Assembly: GCA_951406725.2 (NCBI GenBank)
Contig: OX597818.1
Coordinates: forward strand, 70,804,001 to 70,868,000
Length of the DNA: 64,000 bases
Source: Octopus vulgaris
Lineage: Eukaryota
Direction of reading: 5' to 3'
Part shown: piece by piece, positions 37,232 through 51,210 of the stretch
Position numbering within the stretch: the stretch's first letter is position 1
Layout of the letters: each line of letters starts with the position of its first letter
Translations under genes and position numbers: made by a program
Notes under the pieces: generated by a model
Database searches by the model: none
Seen by the model: the letters and a program-made list of their open reading frames with translations, nothing else
Told to the model about the DNA's origin: nothing

Positions 37232-37879
37232 GAGGGTAGTGATAAGAGAGGAGGTAGTAAATAGGGTTTGGTCTCCCTTGTTATTGGTGTTCTCCTGTTT
37301 CTTGTGTTGTTGTCTCATTGTCTTCATGAGTTTTTTTTTCTTCTGAAAATGTTTCTTAGAAAAACTGTTTTAACTGGTAAAAGTCATCAAAGGTCATCTT
37401 TGGACTTCATAGAATTCCAAACTTGTTTTTTAGTGTGTGTGTGTGTGTGCATTCACAAGCATGTATACACCTGTATGTATGTATATGTGTAGAAATCCAC
37501 ATATTTGTGTGTGAATATACATACATGTGCGTTCATATATATGTATGTGTAATACATACATATATATACACACGTATCTATGGATGCATGCCTTTCCTGC
37601 CACTAACCTTTACCTTTTTCCAAACAAAGTAATATCATTATAATACATTTCCTCTAATCTTCCAATTGTCCATGGAGTAATATGTTGGGTTATATTTATG
37701 TTGTCCATAAATAAATGCCAGTTCTAAAATGACTTTTTATTCCACAAAACCAGCTATATATTGGGGGCCAATTCAGTTAGCTAAACCTTTCCCAAGCCAA
37801 GATATTTTTCTTTATTCCTTTCATTCCTTTAGGGCCACAATTCTTCATCAGGGAAGAATCCCATCTAACTTTGGTTTCA

Positions 37880-38062
37880 CATTTTAGCACAATGCCAGCA
37901 GTTTTGGAGGGAGTGAATAAGTCAATGACTTCAACGGGTATTTATTTCACCAACCCCAGAAGGATGAAAGGTGAATGTCAACCCTGGCAGCATTTGAACT
38001 CAGAACATAATGACTGATGAAATGAAGCTAAGCGTTTTGCCCGGTTTGCTGTCTTTCCACCA
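37880..38062 (-). mobile_element. SINE family C (Nin/Deu-like)
   Basis: ACCCCAGAAGGATGAAAGG...ATTTGAACTCAGAACATAA...CTAAGCGTTTTGCCCGG is the reverse complement of the 25834 copy. Confidence 0.75.
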
Positions 38063-38740
38063 TATTGAATTAAAATAAAACTATTAACACTCTCCAAGCA
38101 TTTTGGGTACCAGACTATTTTTCTTCTTATATATTAGTGGGGTGGGGGTGTATCAGGATAATGAATGAGTAAAGCGATGGGTGAGGGAGTTATCAAGACA
38201 AAGTTACATAATACCGTTTGAACACCAGTTCTATACTGTAGTTTATTCACTGAACTAAAACTGTTCCAGTGTACCTGTAATGTACTGGGGAAAGAAAGAA
38301 TGAAGCATTGATTCAATCAATTTAAACAGTCTGGAAAACCATTTTTTAGGCAATGTGCCTCAGAAAATAATTACAATTTTGTTTAAGGCAACAAAACAAT
38401 GTTTTTAGTGAGAAGATCTCGTCTCAAATATTCTATGTTAATTATTCTTCTCATAGAAATTCTTTACTTGTTAGAGGTGACTAACTGGCAAAACAAATTA
38501 GTTTTATTAAAGATTGTAATTAGAGTTGGTTTACCAACCCCACAACCAACTATCACTCTCTCCACCAACTCATATCAACTAGTTGGCAGGATAGCAAGAA
38601 TAAAAGGGTTTCTTGCATTATTTCTTAATCATGTTCTTCCACTGCAGAACTTAGAGGCTTAAAATAACAATTGTAAAGCTTACATGGAAAAGGAATGTCT
38701 TTGGTATATAGAATGTGTGTGTGTGTTTGTAACATCACTT

Positions 38741-40011
38741 ACACCTATTTTCCCGCCATTTTAAAAAATTTGAATGGTTTAATAAAAAATAACAATTAAA
38801 CAATACTGTATTCACCCTTGTTGTTTTCAACTTCTTCCCAACGTTCAACACGATTTTCAATACCTCGTTGGTAGAAATCACCTGATTTTGAATCGTAAAA
38901 TTGATCCAACCAAGCTCTCATTTCTGCATCAGTATTGAATGAAACTCCGAGCAAAGCATTTGAAAGAGATCGAAAGAGGTGGAAATCCGTTGATGCCAAA
39001 TCAGGAAAGTACAGCGGCTGTGGCAGCACTTCTCAGCTAAGCATTTGAATGGCTTCCTTGGACATATTGGCGATATGTGGGGTGGGCATTGTCATGCAGC
39101 ACAAGAACTCCATGCCGCCAATTAGGTCTTTTCTCTTGAATAGTCATGTTGAGTCATTTCATCTGTTGAACATAGAGTTCCATGTTGACCATTTGATTCC
39201 ATTCAAGCAAGTTGTAATGGATAATCCCTTCTCAGTTCCACCATATGTACAACATCATTTTATGCAGATGAAGATCTTGTTTCATGCACGGTGTTGCTTG
39301 TTTACCAGAGCTAAGCCATTCCTTTCCGCTGCTTCATATTGTTGTACAGGCACCATTTTTTGTCGCCAGTAATGATTTGGTAAAGAAATCGTTGCTTATG
39401 TCCATGAGTTGAGCTGTGATGAGCAAGCAAACCAGCGGAGATTGTGGCTCACTGATTTTTGTTGTTGTCACTTAAAGCATGTGGAACCCATGCTCCATAC
39501 CTCTGAACCTTTCCTATCGAGTGAAGATGCTTCTCTATAGTAGTGTGGGAGCATTCCATTTTCTCTGCAAGTTTCCTTGTCATTTGATGAGAATTTTCAT
39601 GCAAAAGTTGGTTTAATTGCTCTTCATCAAACTCAGCTGGATGGCCAGAACGAGGTGCATCTTTGAGGTCAAAATTTCCATTTTTGAACTTGGCATACCA
39701 ATCACGAGTGGTTCTTTCAGCTATGGCACCCTCTCCATACATAGCACAAATGCCGTGAGCAGCTTTTGTGGCCTTAGAACCTTGATTAAAGGCAAAAAGA
39801 AGGAGGTGTCAAAAATGCTTGTTTTTCTTGACATTCCATTTAAATGATCTGAAAATAAACAAAAATTAACTAAAAGTAACTAGAAGAAAAACAAAATAGA
39901 TTCCAAAATGATTCAAAAATAGAATTCCCCCAAAAAATAGATTCCAAAATTTAAAAACGCAATAAATTCCAAAATTTTTTTAAATGGTGGGAACTTAGTT
40001 GCCAACCCAAT
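38741..40011 (-). mobile_element. Near full-length mariner element (~1.27 kb), disrupted transposase
   Basis: HTH YGEGAIAERTTRDWYAKFKNGNFDLKDAPRSG, WVPHALS, and PLYFPDLASTDFHLFRSL. One end is TATTGGGTTGGCAACTAAGTTCCCACCATTT; a partial inverted match TTCCCGCCATTT lies at ~38750. Confidence 0.9.
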
Positions 40012-40234
40012 AGTATGGGATAGATGGTTCTATTCTTCCTGAAGTCCCAACCCCTTTGATGAGATAAAGGATTTTATCATGCTCAGCTATCTCAGTTTTG
40101 TCACAGTTTCTGCGACTGGGACCCTTCTTAACGCTAACCACTTTACAGAGTGTAAAGAGTGCATTATATTCATTGCACCATATGCATCTTAAAGCACAAG
40201 AACATCAATAATATTTTCAATGTTTCTTTTCTCT

Positions 40235-40272
<38 letters not shown>

Positions 40273-40504
40273 GTCAAACAAGAAAACCTGACGAGCATCA
40301 GATCCATTCTTTAATTGCTTTTTCCATAAAATATTAATTTGTTAAATAACTCTTTCACAACTTCGTAACCCTCACCACTCCTACGCTTTTCAATAAAATT
40401 TAGATGACCACCAATTGGAGATGTTCTCATTTCTTAAAGAGATTTTATACACCTTTAGAAGGAGATTTTTGTTTTAAATGTTAGGAACTCATTATACTAC
40501 ATAC

Positions 40505-40808
40505 ATATACACAGAAGATCAAAAGCATTCATGGCTGAATGCATGTCATGAACTGAAAGAACAGAAGTTGATTCAGACCATTTTTTGAAGGTCATCACTG
40601 GTGATGAAAACTGGTGCTATGGAATTTGCAGATGTGGAAGAAATGAAGCGAAAGTTCCAGCACTGCTTCGAATGGTGGAAAGCATGTCTGGACAGATGTA
40701 TTGCTTCAAATGGAGAATACTTTGAAAGCAGTAAAAGTGTAAACATGTGAAACTAGGTGAATAAAATAATATAACAAAATTCCTGTTTCGTTCAGATAAC
40801 CCCTTGAG
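40505..40808 (+). mobile_element. Internally deleted mariner remnant
   Basis: FLKVITGDENWCYG joined to FQHCFEWWKACLDRCIASNGEYFE. Confidence 0.8.
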
Positions 40809-41934
40809 CACAAATCGCTAAGTTAATTAATTCACCAAGAAAGTAGTTGAAATACAGGAAGTGGGCTGAATCCCAGTTTTGACTAAAAAAATTGATTCCA
40901 GTGTATTTGTCTGAGTGGATATTTGTATATATGTCTGTGTTGTCTTTTCATCCATTATTGACTCCTACACAGAAACCACTTCCTCCATACAGATGACCCC
41001 ACAATGCATATGCTTGGAAATTTGAACAACAAAAGCAATCACACACACAATACAAAAGCTTCATTCCAAAAGGTTTGTGTCTTTCTATTTTTCTAAGACC
41101 TTTTCAAACAGTTAAAAACTTGTAAGAAAATCTTTCTTCAAATACTGTGATTATATCATGTATATTTTGCAAACTCTTTTAAACACACACAAACACAGAG
41201 GTTGTTGTTCCATACAATTGTGAGCCATCTCAATTAGAAAAATAAATGTTTTGAACCTTATAAGAGATGTGGGAAATTCTTGACAGTGAAATGTGGAAGT
41301 TCAAGGTAAGATCTGAAATGGTGAAAGCCAATATGAATGCTAAAATTCTGCCAAACTAAAGAATAAGGAGCAGAAGGCAAAAAAGATAACTGGCCAATGG
41401 AAGTAACTTTAGACATTGACTCAAACTACATAAGAGATAAAAAGAAAAAAAGGTTCATTCATGCGCTTCTGTTTTTCTTTTTTAATGCAAAGTGAATCAG
41501 AGTTGGATATAATGTAAGGACAATGAAGAGGTTGAGGGAAGAGGAAGAACATCACACAAGACATACATTAAATGCTTTTAGTTGTTTGTGTAAGGAAAGC
41601 TTGAAGTTCCTAAAAATTTGGTGTTGTATAAGTGTAATTAACTAAAGGGATCATTGTTAATAAGATAAGAAGTCAAATAACTACAACAACAACAACAACA
41701 ATAATAATAATGATAATTTCCATCACTAGCAGAGAATGAATACCAAGGGCAGGCAAGTGGTACATGACAGATAATGATTATCTTTCTTACATGGCCTGAC
41801 CTTTTAGAAAGAAAAGAAGATAAAACACATTCAGAAAACGAGGGGTAGCGGAAAGGGGTCAACTAATAGACTGCAACAAGAGTTATGTCTGAACAGAATT
41901 GATTTTTTTTAAATTTGAAAAAAACTGTCCAAAA

Positions 41935-42110
41935 GCATTCGTCGCTGTGCTGTGGAGGAATTTGCTTTGCAACCACTTGGTTCTGGGTTCAATACTAGAC
42001 TGAATATTACACAATGGACAAGTATCTTCTGCCATACGCCCAAGCATATCAATGCCTTGTAAGGAAAAACTAGGAAATGAAAAATACATGAGAACTGTTT
42101 GTAGTGTGTG
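41935..42110 (+). mobile_element. SINE family B head (diverged)
   Basis: GCTTTGCAACCACTTGGTTCTGGGTTCAATAC...GGACAAGTATCTTCTGCCATA. Confidence 0.6.
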
Positions 42111-42287
42111 TGTGTGTGATCGTTTCCCATTCACCTTCCCATGCTAGACTCTATGGTACCAGTCTTATTTTGAGGTAGTTTTTTCTTTTTTTGTTGTTGT
42201 TCTTTTTTTACGGTGGGATACCTTCCTGTTTCTTATCCTTTCAATCACCCAAATATTTTGTGTACATGTAAGATAAGATTAAGACAA

Positions 42288-42440
42288 AAAGCTGGCAGAA
42301 TCGTTAGCATGCTGAACAAAAATTAATTGCATCCTTTTGTCCATCTTTAGATTGTGGATTCAAATTCAGCCAAAGTCAACATTGACTTTCATCTTTTCAG
42401 AATCAGTAAAAAAAAAAGTAGCAGTTAAGCACTGGACTCA
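42288..42440 (+). mobile_element. SINE family C
   Basis: GCTGGCAGAATCGTTAGCATGC...TTCAAATTCAGCC...CTTTCATCTTTTCAG. Confidence 0.7.
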
Positions 42441-42912
42441 AATATCAGGACCTTGCTCCATTGCTCAAAAGGTTCACGTGTTGTAAAAAAGATTATATGA
42501 CAATATGGTACACCCTAGTTGAAAGCCTCTCTGTATGTGTGTGTTTGAGCATGGCCTCGAGTGAAAATGGAGGAAATGACAGAAATAGCTTATCTAAAAA
42601 ACAAGAGTTGACCACAGGAAGGGCATTCAGCCAATGGAAACTGCCTTGATAATTCTCATCTAACCAATGCCGGCATGGAAAATGTGAATTGAAAGACAAC
42701 AAAGGCAGAAGAGGTGGTGGTAGTGGTGGTGGTAGTGGTGGTGGTGGCGGTGGCGGCGGCGGCGGTAGTAGTAGTAGTAGTAGTAGTGTTACTGCTGGTG
42801 TTGGTGATAACATGACAATGAATACAACTTTATAATAAAAATTCTCTTTTATATATGGTATAATATAACACGTGTATGATTGTGTGAGTGTGTCATCATC
42901 ATCATTACCATG

Positions 42913-42947
<35 letters not shown>

Positions 42948-43344
42948 CTGTGTGTCTCAGTATTAAGCATTTCAAAATATTAGTCCAAACTCTTTCCAAA
43001 TATCTCTTGTTAATATCTCTGAGATATTCAGATGAAATATCTAGATTTCATTTAATTATTAAAGAGAATTGCTTTATTATTTCTTTTGTTATGTTCCTGC
43101 AATAATAACTACAACTAACCACATACAGTTTAGACTCTGTGACTATATAAACTAGTTGCGGCTTTTAAGTGGCTTCGGGTATCCTTTATACAAAACCACA
43201 TTTACAGGCGTCGACTGTGAGCAATGGAAGTTTCTAGTTATCTCCCTTGGATTAATTGAAATTCCAGTTTACTTCTTAGAGGAAATAATTCAGTTTTTGA
43301 ATGTTTGCTTGAGAGAAACAGACGGAATACAAGTGTGTGTGTGT

Positions 43345-43792
43345 TCTTTAATTCCTTTTATTCTTTTACTTGTTTCAGCCATTTGACTGCGGCCATGCTG
43401 GAGCACCGCCTTTTGTCGAACAAATTGACCCCAGGACTTACTCTTTGTAAGCCTGGTAATTCTATTGATCTATTTTGCCGAACTGCTAGATTACGGGGAT
43501 GTAAACACACCAACAACGGTTGTCAAGCGATGTTGGAGGACAAACACAGACACACAAATACAAACATTATATATATATATATATATATATATGTATAAAT
43601 ATGTAATATACACACACACACACACACACGACGGGTTTCTTTCAGTTTCTGTCTAACAAATCTACTCACAAGGCTTTGGTTAGCCAGCGGCTATAGTAGA
43701 AGACACTTACCTATGGTGCCAAGCAGTGGGACTGAACCTGGAACCATGTGGTTGGGAAGCAAGCTTCTTATCACATGGCCACTGCTGCACCT
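43345..43792 (-). mobile_element. tRNA-derived SINE family B (full length)
   Basis: Minus-strand head AGGTGCAGCAGTGGCCATGTG...GGTTCAGTCCCAC, CORE-like GG(T)AAGTGTCTTC, internal (TG)n, and tail GAAACAAGTAAAAGAATAAAAG. Confidence 0.88.
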
Positions 43793-43869
43793 ATATATAT
43801 ATATAAAAATGCACAAACTTGTATAGGTACATACACACATACAGACATAGGCATTCAAATGTACAATAT

Positions 43870-44238
43870 GAATGCATACATATACATACATACATTCGTT
43901 CATACATACATACATTCATGCATACATACATACATACATACATACATACATGCATGCATGCATGCACACATACATGCATGCACACATACATACATGCACA
44001 CATACATACATACATGCATGCATACATACATACATGCACAAATACATACATACATGCACACATACATACATACATACATACATATATAGATGCATACACA
44101 CATACATACATACATACATAGATGCATACATAGATGCATACATACATACATGCACACATACATACATACATACATACATACATACATACATACATACATA
44201 CATACATACATACATACACACATGCATACATACATACA
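43870..44238. repeat. (CATA)n compound microsatellite
   Basis: Directly visible; forms the 3' flank or tail of the adjacent RTE. Confidence 0.95.
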
Positions 44239-44244
44239 TTTTTT

Positions 44245-45190
44245 TTTTATGGCTGCCCCCTCATTATCGAGTATGGCCATTGCACGCTTAACTGTTACTG
44301 GTGCTGTGATCGAATGTGACGTTTTAGCCCAGCTAAAGATCTACAATGTCTTGTACAAAATTGGCAGCTAAGACCTTTACTGGTAATGGCCGGCTGTAGT
44401 TGTAACTGGACTTCATGTACCTTTGCATGTCGTTTAAGTCCTCCTGCCGAATTACACTCTCTTCCACATGCCCGACAGATATGATTAATATGGTGTGTTA
44501 CACCACCACCAGTGGCCAGGTTGTCACTCATCTGCCTCGTTTTATGACTACGAAGATGACTCTTGAGTCCAGCTTTACTGAGGCAGTGTCTTGTACAGAC
44601 ATTGCATGTCAGAATCAAAGGAAGACCCTTCCCTTCTGGAAGTGTAACAGCGATGCCCTTCCTGACATCCCTCCTTACTTTCTCATGTGCAACTCGAGAT
44701 TTCTCAAAAGTGGCTGTCCCCTTGTGCACAATCCTTCTCCACCTGCTACGATCAATAGTTATGCCTTCCCATGTGTCAGCCTTCAGCAAGTCCTTATACC
44801 TCTTTTTTGGTTTATGTGGAGGTCGTTCTCCTTTAGCTAACTCTCCATAAAAGAGTTGTTTTGGCATCCTTGAATCCTTCATCCTGACCAGATGACCACT
44901 CCATCTGAGCCTTTGCTTTAACACAAGAGCTTCTATACTTTCACACCAAGAGCCTTCGAGTATTTCAAGATCACTGATGCAGTCCTCCTACTTAATGCCA
45001 TAGATCCGTCTGAGGCACATCTGATCAAAACGTTCCAGTTGTTTAAGGTGGTATCGATATGTGACCCACGTCTCGCAGGCATAGAGAAGAGAAGGGAGCA
45101 CACATGCCTTGTACACCTTTATCTTTGTCTTTCTGCATATGTCTCGCCGACTCCAGAGGCGCTTTTCTAGCCTTCCGAAAGCAACACTTA
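44245..45190 (-). mobile_element. 5'-truncated RTE (BovB-like) LINE with three C-terminal C2H2 zinc fingers
   Basis: SVAFGRLEKRLW...TKIKVYKACVLPSLLYACETW; QRLRWSGHLVRMKDSRMPKQLFYGEL; then three CxxC...GLKxH...H fingers (ORF 44295..44924). Confidence 0.9.
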
Positions 45191-45211
45191 TGCATACATA
45201 CATACATGCAC

Positions 45212-45242
<31 letters not shown>

Positions 45243-45600
45243 CACACACACACACATACATACATACATACATACACACACACATACATACATACATACA
45301 TACATACATACATACATACACACACACATACATACATACATACATACACACACACATACATACATACATACATACATAGATGCATACATACATACATACA
45401 TACACACACACATACATACATACATACATACATACATACATACATACACACACACATACATACATACATACATACACACACACATACATACATACATACA
45501 TACATACATACATAGATGCATACATACATACATACATACACACACACATACATACATACATACATACATAGATGCATACATACATACATATGAACATACA
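45191..45600. repeat. (CATA)n/(CA)n compound microsatellite
   Basis: Directly visible. Confidence 0.95.
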
Positions 45601-45712
45601 TTCCTAGGCATGTCCATTAGTTTCCTTTAACCATCACAACTAAGTAACGCCATACTTAAGCAGAGTTTTCACATGTTTTTGTGCCTTGTGTATACACACA
45701 CACACACACACA

Positions 45713-45814
<102 letters not shown>

Positions 45815-46073
45815 ACTGTCTATATGCTTAGGTCTGTCCTTATCACCATTTTCCATCTCGCTTTTCCTTCTGGCAGAGGTTGGCTCCGTTGTATATTTTG
45901 GACATGGTTCCTATGAGTGGATGCTCTTCCTAACACCAACCACTTGACAAAGTTTATTGGCTGCATTCTGTGTTTTCCATTGTAACATCAAGTTGACTTT
46001 CGCTTAGTCAAACATATTAGGGAAATAAATTCCAGAGAAGATTGTTTTTTGCTGTTTTTTGCTTTGTTTGTGA

Positions 46074-46129
<56 letters not shown>

Positions 46130-46132
<3 letters not shown>

Positions 46133-46355
46133 TATGTTTATGTCTTTGTGCTTGTTCCCCCCCCCCCCACCGCTTGACAAAAGGTATCAGTTTGTTTACA
46201 TTGCAGTTTGCCAAAAGGTGACTGACAGAACAAGGACTTAGCTTGATAAAAACAAAATGTAAATATTGGGGCCAGTTTGTTCAACTAAACCCTTCAAGGC
46301 AATGCTCCAACATGGCCACAATCTAATGATTGATACAAGTGAAAGATAAAAGATA
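46130..46355 (+). mobile_element. SINE family B, 3' half
   Basis: CCACCGCTTGACAA...TTTGCCAAAAG...GCTCCAACATGGCCACAATC...ACAAGTGAAAGATAAAAGATA. Confidence 0.7.
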
Positions 46356-48698
46356 CAAGCATAAAGATACAAACACACACACACACACACACATTAATCT
46401 ATGGTTTTATGTTGACTTCATTTTACATTAAACTTTTGAATTACTTGATACTTTTTATAGAGAATATATTTATTATTCTTTTATTAGAGGAGGACTAACA
46501 GCACCCTAAACCCTCACACTAGCATCTTTTCACTGACCACACACACACACACACATTAGCCTGATCTCACCCACTCTCTGTATCACTGGACTCCTCTCTC
46601 TCTCTCTACTTCCCCACCTCAGCCCTATGCCTCTGGCAATCACAGACCTTCTATTTCCATCTTTATATTTACTCCACAAAACTTAAACCTTGCACTACTG
46701 TAAACAGTCATAAATTTGATAAGACAGTTGGTCCCTCAAAGAAACCTTTTACATGCCCCCCCACCCGCCATCTCCTCCATCATGTCTGTATTACCACTCC
46801 CTACCAAAATGCTGAGTAGCTCCAACATTTGTAATGTGTGTCCTACCATGCCTCTACTCTTGCCCCCTACAAAGCAACAGAATACCTCACTGTACACCTC
46901 ATTTCCTAAGTGAGCCCAGCCTTAGAAGCAAAAAAATTAATAGGAACCAATGAATAAGCTTTTATATGGACATTTAACCTTCTAGAAATAGCAGCCAAAT
47001 ATCACAGCACTCATGGCTACTATATTAGAAATATAAAAAATGTATTTGATAAACCATCCAGTGGTCATATTTCTCAAGAAATATCATGTCTATGACTTTT
47101 GAAAATAATCAAAAATTTGGTGAAATTAAACAAAATTTCAAATTTATTTTATAATCTAAAAATATTTATGTTCCGTTTTATTTAGTGGGACGCATTAAGT
47201 TTCCCTCATGAATTTTGGGAGCCTTCTGAAAAACTCTGTGGAAGCTTGTAACCCTATGCATTTAAAGATTTCAATAATACTCAATAGTTTTACAAAATTA
47301 AATTAGAAAATTAGACAAAACAGAGAATACAATTGAAAGAAAGTAAAAAAAAAAAATAGAGAAAGAAAGAGAAAAAAAGAAGACCAAATTCACCACCTAA
47401 GGTTGAAAAGTTGAGGGTCACTGGGGAACCCTCTGATGGCTGTTGTATGAGTTTGGATGATAGACAGATTGTAACATGAATGATAAAGGAGAGGCTTTTA
47501 TATTAAAAGGAAAACTGTAAAAATGATCCAAGCCTCAGGTACAGACCCATTCAAGTTAGGATAAACAGGGCTGTATATATACTGTAAATGGACATGTAGG
47601 ATGGTCATGGCTGGAACAGCTTTGATATTAGGTCTGGTCATTGAAGGCTGACCAGGGGTTAAACAATAACAACAAATTCCTCATTCCTTATTTCAAAGTT
47701 CAGTTCTAAATTAGAACTGGCCAGCTGTAGCAACAAGAATAACAACCATAACAGTAATAACAACACATGAGAGGTAACTGGTCAAGATTTTCAAAATCCA
47801 TTCTGGCTCTGGCAAAATGACAAAATGGCCAAAAGAAGAGAGCAGAGAGGGATGAAGGAGAAGAGAAGGAAGACAAGAGATGGAAGAAAAAAATAGAGAA
47901 TATTTTTAAAAATGGAAAATGAAATGAAGAAGAAGAAAAAAAGATAACAAAAAAGGCGGGAACAAAGATAACAAGAAAAAGAAAGAAAGAAACTTCATGC
48001 ATCTCTGGTCATCTCATTGGAAGGCATTGGAGTGTGAAGAATGAAACAGATGGACAACAGTGAAATATCAGCCTCACTACTACTACTACTACCTACTACC
48101 AACAATGATAGCAGTTCAAGTTGTTCTCTATTAACAAACACAATTCTCTTTGTTCTCAACAAGCAAAAAAACCTTCTGTGAAATTCTTGCAGACTTTCAA
48201 CATTAAACTTTACATTAGTTTCACTTCCAACTCTAATTATATTTGTGACACAGCAAAATGAATCTTACTACTTCAAACAAACTTCACTCATTTGCAGAAT
48301 AGCCTAGTTTTGAAAATGAAATTAAAATATAAAAACTAAATAAATAAGATAAATAACAAAAGTGAAAATATTCCAGTTCTCATTAACCACTTGGAAGTAA
48401 ATATTTTCAATTAGAAAATAGAGGATATTATGTATTATAAATGTTTGCTAATAAAACAATAATAATAATAATAATAACAGATCTGATATTTCATTATTAA
48501 TCGTTAATAATTATATATCTTGAAAGACGGAATATTCTAAAATATATTTGACTAAATATTATCGATTATATTTCGACAAAGTTTTCGACAGACATCAAGA
48601 TAAATATGACATTTTGAAAGTTATTAAACAGAAGACTTTTGTGTACTTTAACAAGTTTTATGAATAAGTTTAATTTAAAGACCACCAGATATTCTTCA

Positions 48699-48717
48699 CA
48701 CCAACAGATGGCAGCAG
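48699..48717 (+). promoter_or_regulatory. Candidate CTCF-binding motif
   Basis: CCAACAGATGGCAGCA is one mismatch from the CTCF core CCASYAGRKGGCRSYA and lies in non-repetitive DNA. Confidence 0.35.
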
Positions 48718-49300
48718 CATTGTTGCTTTCTCAATGCCACGCTGTAAACTAACCAATGATATGGTCTGCAAGCAATGAGACTCATGAATATATTTACATA
48801 ACATAATAACATCAAGTATTTTATTTCATAATTACAATTTTGCAATGGGGACAAGTAACAGAATCAAAAGAACGGGACACAAAACACTTCATGATTTTGA
48901 GTTCAAATCTTACTGAGGTCAGCTTTACCTTTCAGGAGGTGCAGTAAAAGATCAATCAATTTCTATGTATTTATTTAGTTGTTTACCTCAAATGTATGAC
49001 TTTGTAGCAATATTAAAACTCATTTTTTAGAATCTGGTACAGTTCTATAGAAGTTCTCTCAGTTCTACTTCAGCAAATACAATGAAGTTCACGCTTCACT
49101 GAAGTCAAGAGGCTAAAATATGTCCAGAGTTGTCTCCCATATTCACTAAAGTCATTGAATTAATATCGATCTCTGACCAGATTTGCTTTTTGAATCACTA
49201 AGTAAATATTTTTAGGTAGCTTTTTTAATGCTCACTACATTAAATATGCTAGCACTGACTCAACCAGTGTTGTTGATATGTATACACACACACACACACA

Positions 49301-49835
49301 CATACATACATACATACATACATACATACATACATACATACATACATACATACATACATACATACATACATACATACATACATACATACATACATACATA
49401 CATACATACATACATACATACATACATACATACATACATACATACATACATACATACATACATACATACATACATACATACATACATACATACATACATA
49501 CATACATACATACATACATACATACATACATACATACATACATACATACATACATACATACATACATACATACATACATACATACATACATACATACATA
49601 CATACATACATACATACATACATACATACATACATACATACATACATACATACATACATACATACATACATACATACATACATACATACATACATACATA
49701 CATACATACATACATACATACATACATACATACATACATACATACATACATACATACATACATACATACATACATACATACATACATACATACATACATA
49801 CATACATACATACATACATACATACATACATACAT
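49301..49835. repeat. Perfect (CATA)n, about 133 units
   Basis: Uninterrupted array, directly visible. Confidence 0.98.
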
Positions 49836-50359
49836 TGTATTTCGGAGTTGTCATTCTTTTTTTTTTTTGACAAAATAAACACATGTACTGTATAGTTGTT
49901 CTTCATTCATTTATTACTGTTCATATATTTTTTAACTCATGTTTTTTGTGTGGAAATCTTTCGTCACACATCTGTGACCTCTTCAGCAATACTTTTGCTT
50001 TAAACAAAATTGTAAAGGGACATTGTGTGCATGTGCATACATGTGTATGTTTGTGTGTGTCATTGTTCGTAGCAGCAGTATGGCCTTCCCCTCAGCACCT
50101 TCCTCTCACCCCATTGTGCTGCGGCTGTCCTAAGACCCAAAACTTTGGTACAGTTCTTGTATCCCTCTGTGCTTGTGTGTTCATCCATGGGGTTGTTCAT
50201 CATGGTAGTTGTTGCTGCTGTTATTATCATCATTGTCCCTACTGCTGCTGTTGTTGTTATTCATATTGTGGATACTGTTGAGGCTATCTGTGAAATTTCT
50301 CTTCTGTGTGTCCGTATACATGCCTTTTATATAGATTTAGTTATTTATTTATTCATTTT

Positions 50360-50395
50360 ATCTATCTCTATTTCTTATATTTTTCACAGGTATGT
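50360..50395 (+). other. Candidate recursive splice site (CAG|GTATGT at 50389/50390)
   Basis: tctatctctatttcttatatttttcaCAG directly followed by GTATGT. Confidence 0.4.
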
Positions 50396-51099
50396 GACAA
50401 ATATATTTATCTAGTTATGATTGTTTATATATACGTTTTTAAAAATGTAAACATATTTTCCGGTCACGAACCCACCTACACACACACTCATACATGATTT
50501 CCTCTTTATAGCCTGTCTCCTGGCTGTCCCTTAATGTTCCCAGTTAACCACCAAATAGAAATTCTGAGGAACAAAGATCTTTTACTGAATTCCTCCAACC
50601 CAAACTTCCAATAATATCCTTCTTGACTCATTAAAGATCCAACTCTATTGACTTATTAACCTCTTAATTAGCTTAATTAGTCACTGTCATAGCCTATCAA
50701 TATTTCCTCGGATATCTTTTTCTGGATAGGATCTTGGCAAAGAATAAGGGTTCCAGTATGGTAGGGAGAGGATAGTGGGTGGGGCTTTTTGTTTTTAAAC
50801 ATTGTTTTTTCTTTGTGCTGCTGCTGCTGCTGCGGTGGGGCGAGGGGTGAGTAACCTTGGTGAATAATTTTTGAAGGAAAAAAGAGTAACTTCCATGTCA
50901 GGGTAGGGCAGGGTGTAGAGTGGTAGACTGTGGGGTGGGGGATGGGGGAAGGAAAGGTGGTTTGAAGAGAAAAAATGAAGAAAACTCCAGAAATGGAGTT
51001 AGTGTGGGTGGGAGTGGGTGGAGAGGGTGAGGGAGAGAGGAGAAGTGATGAAGAGGAAAGGAAATAAAGAATCATTAAAAGAGTAAAAACCAATGGAAG

Positions 51100-51117
51100 G
51101 TAGATAGATAGACAGGT

Positions 51118-51161
<44 letters not shown>

Positions 51162-51162
51162 G

Positions 51163-51210
<48 letters not shown>

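Noticed and set aside
38796-39742. Domesticated SETMAR-like gene
   Set aside because: Frameshifted transposase within mariner ends, with no SET domain.
44295-44924. Host C2H2 zinc-finger gene
   Set aside because: The fingers are fused to RTE RT C-terminal motifs, lack TGEKP linkers, and are followed by a retroposon 3' end.
46560-46920. Possible PLE GIY-YIG remnant (similarly 61900-62400 on the minus strand)
   Set aside because: Only scattered residues (VGP..KPFTC; FKNLR) resemble PLE proteins; too decayed to call.
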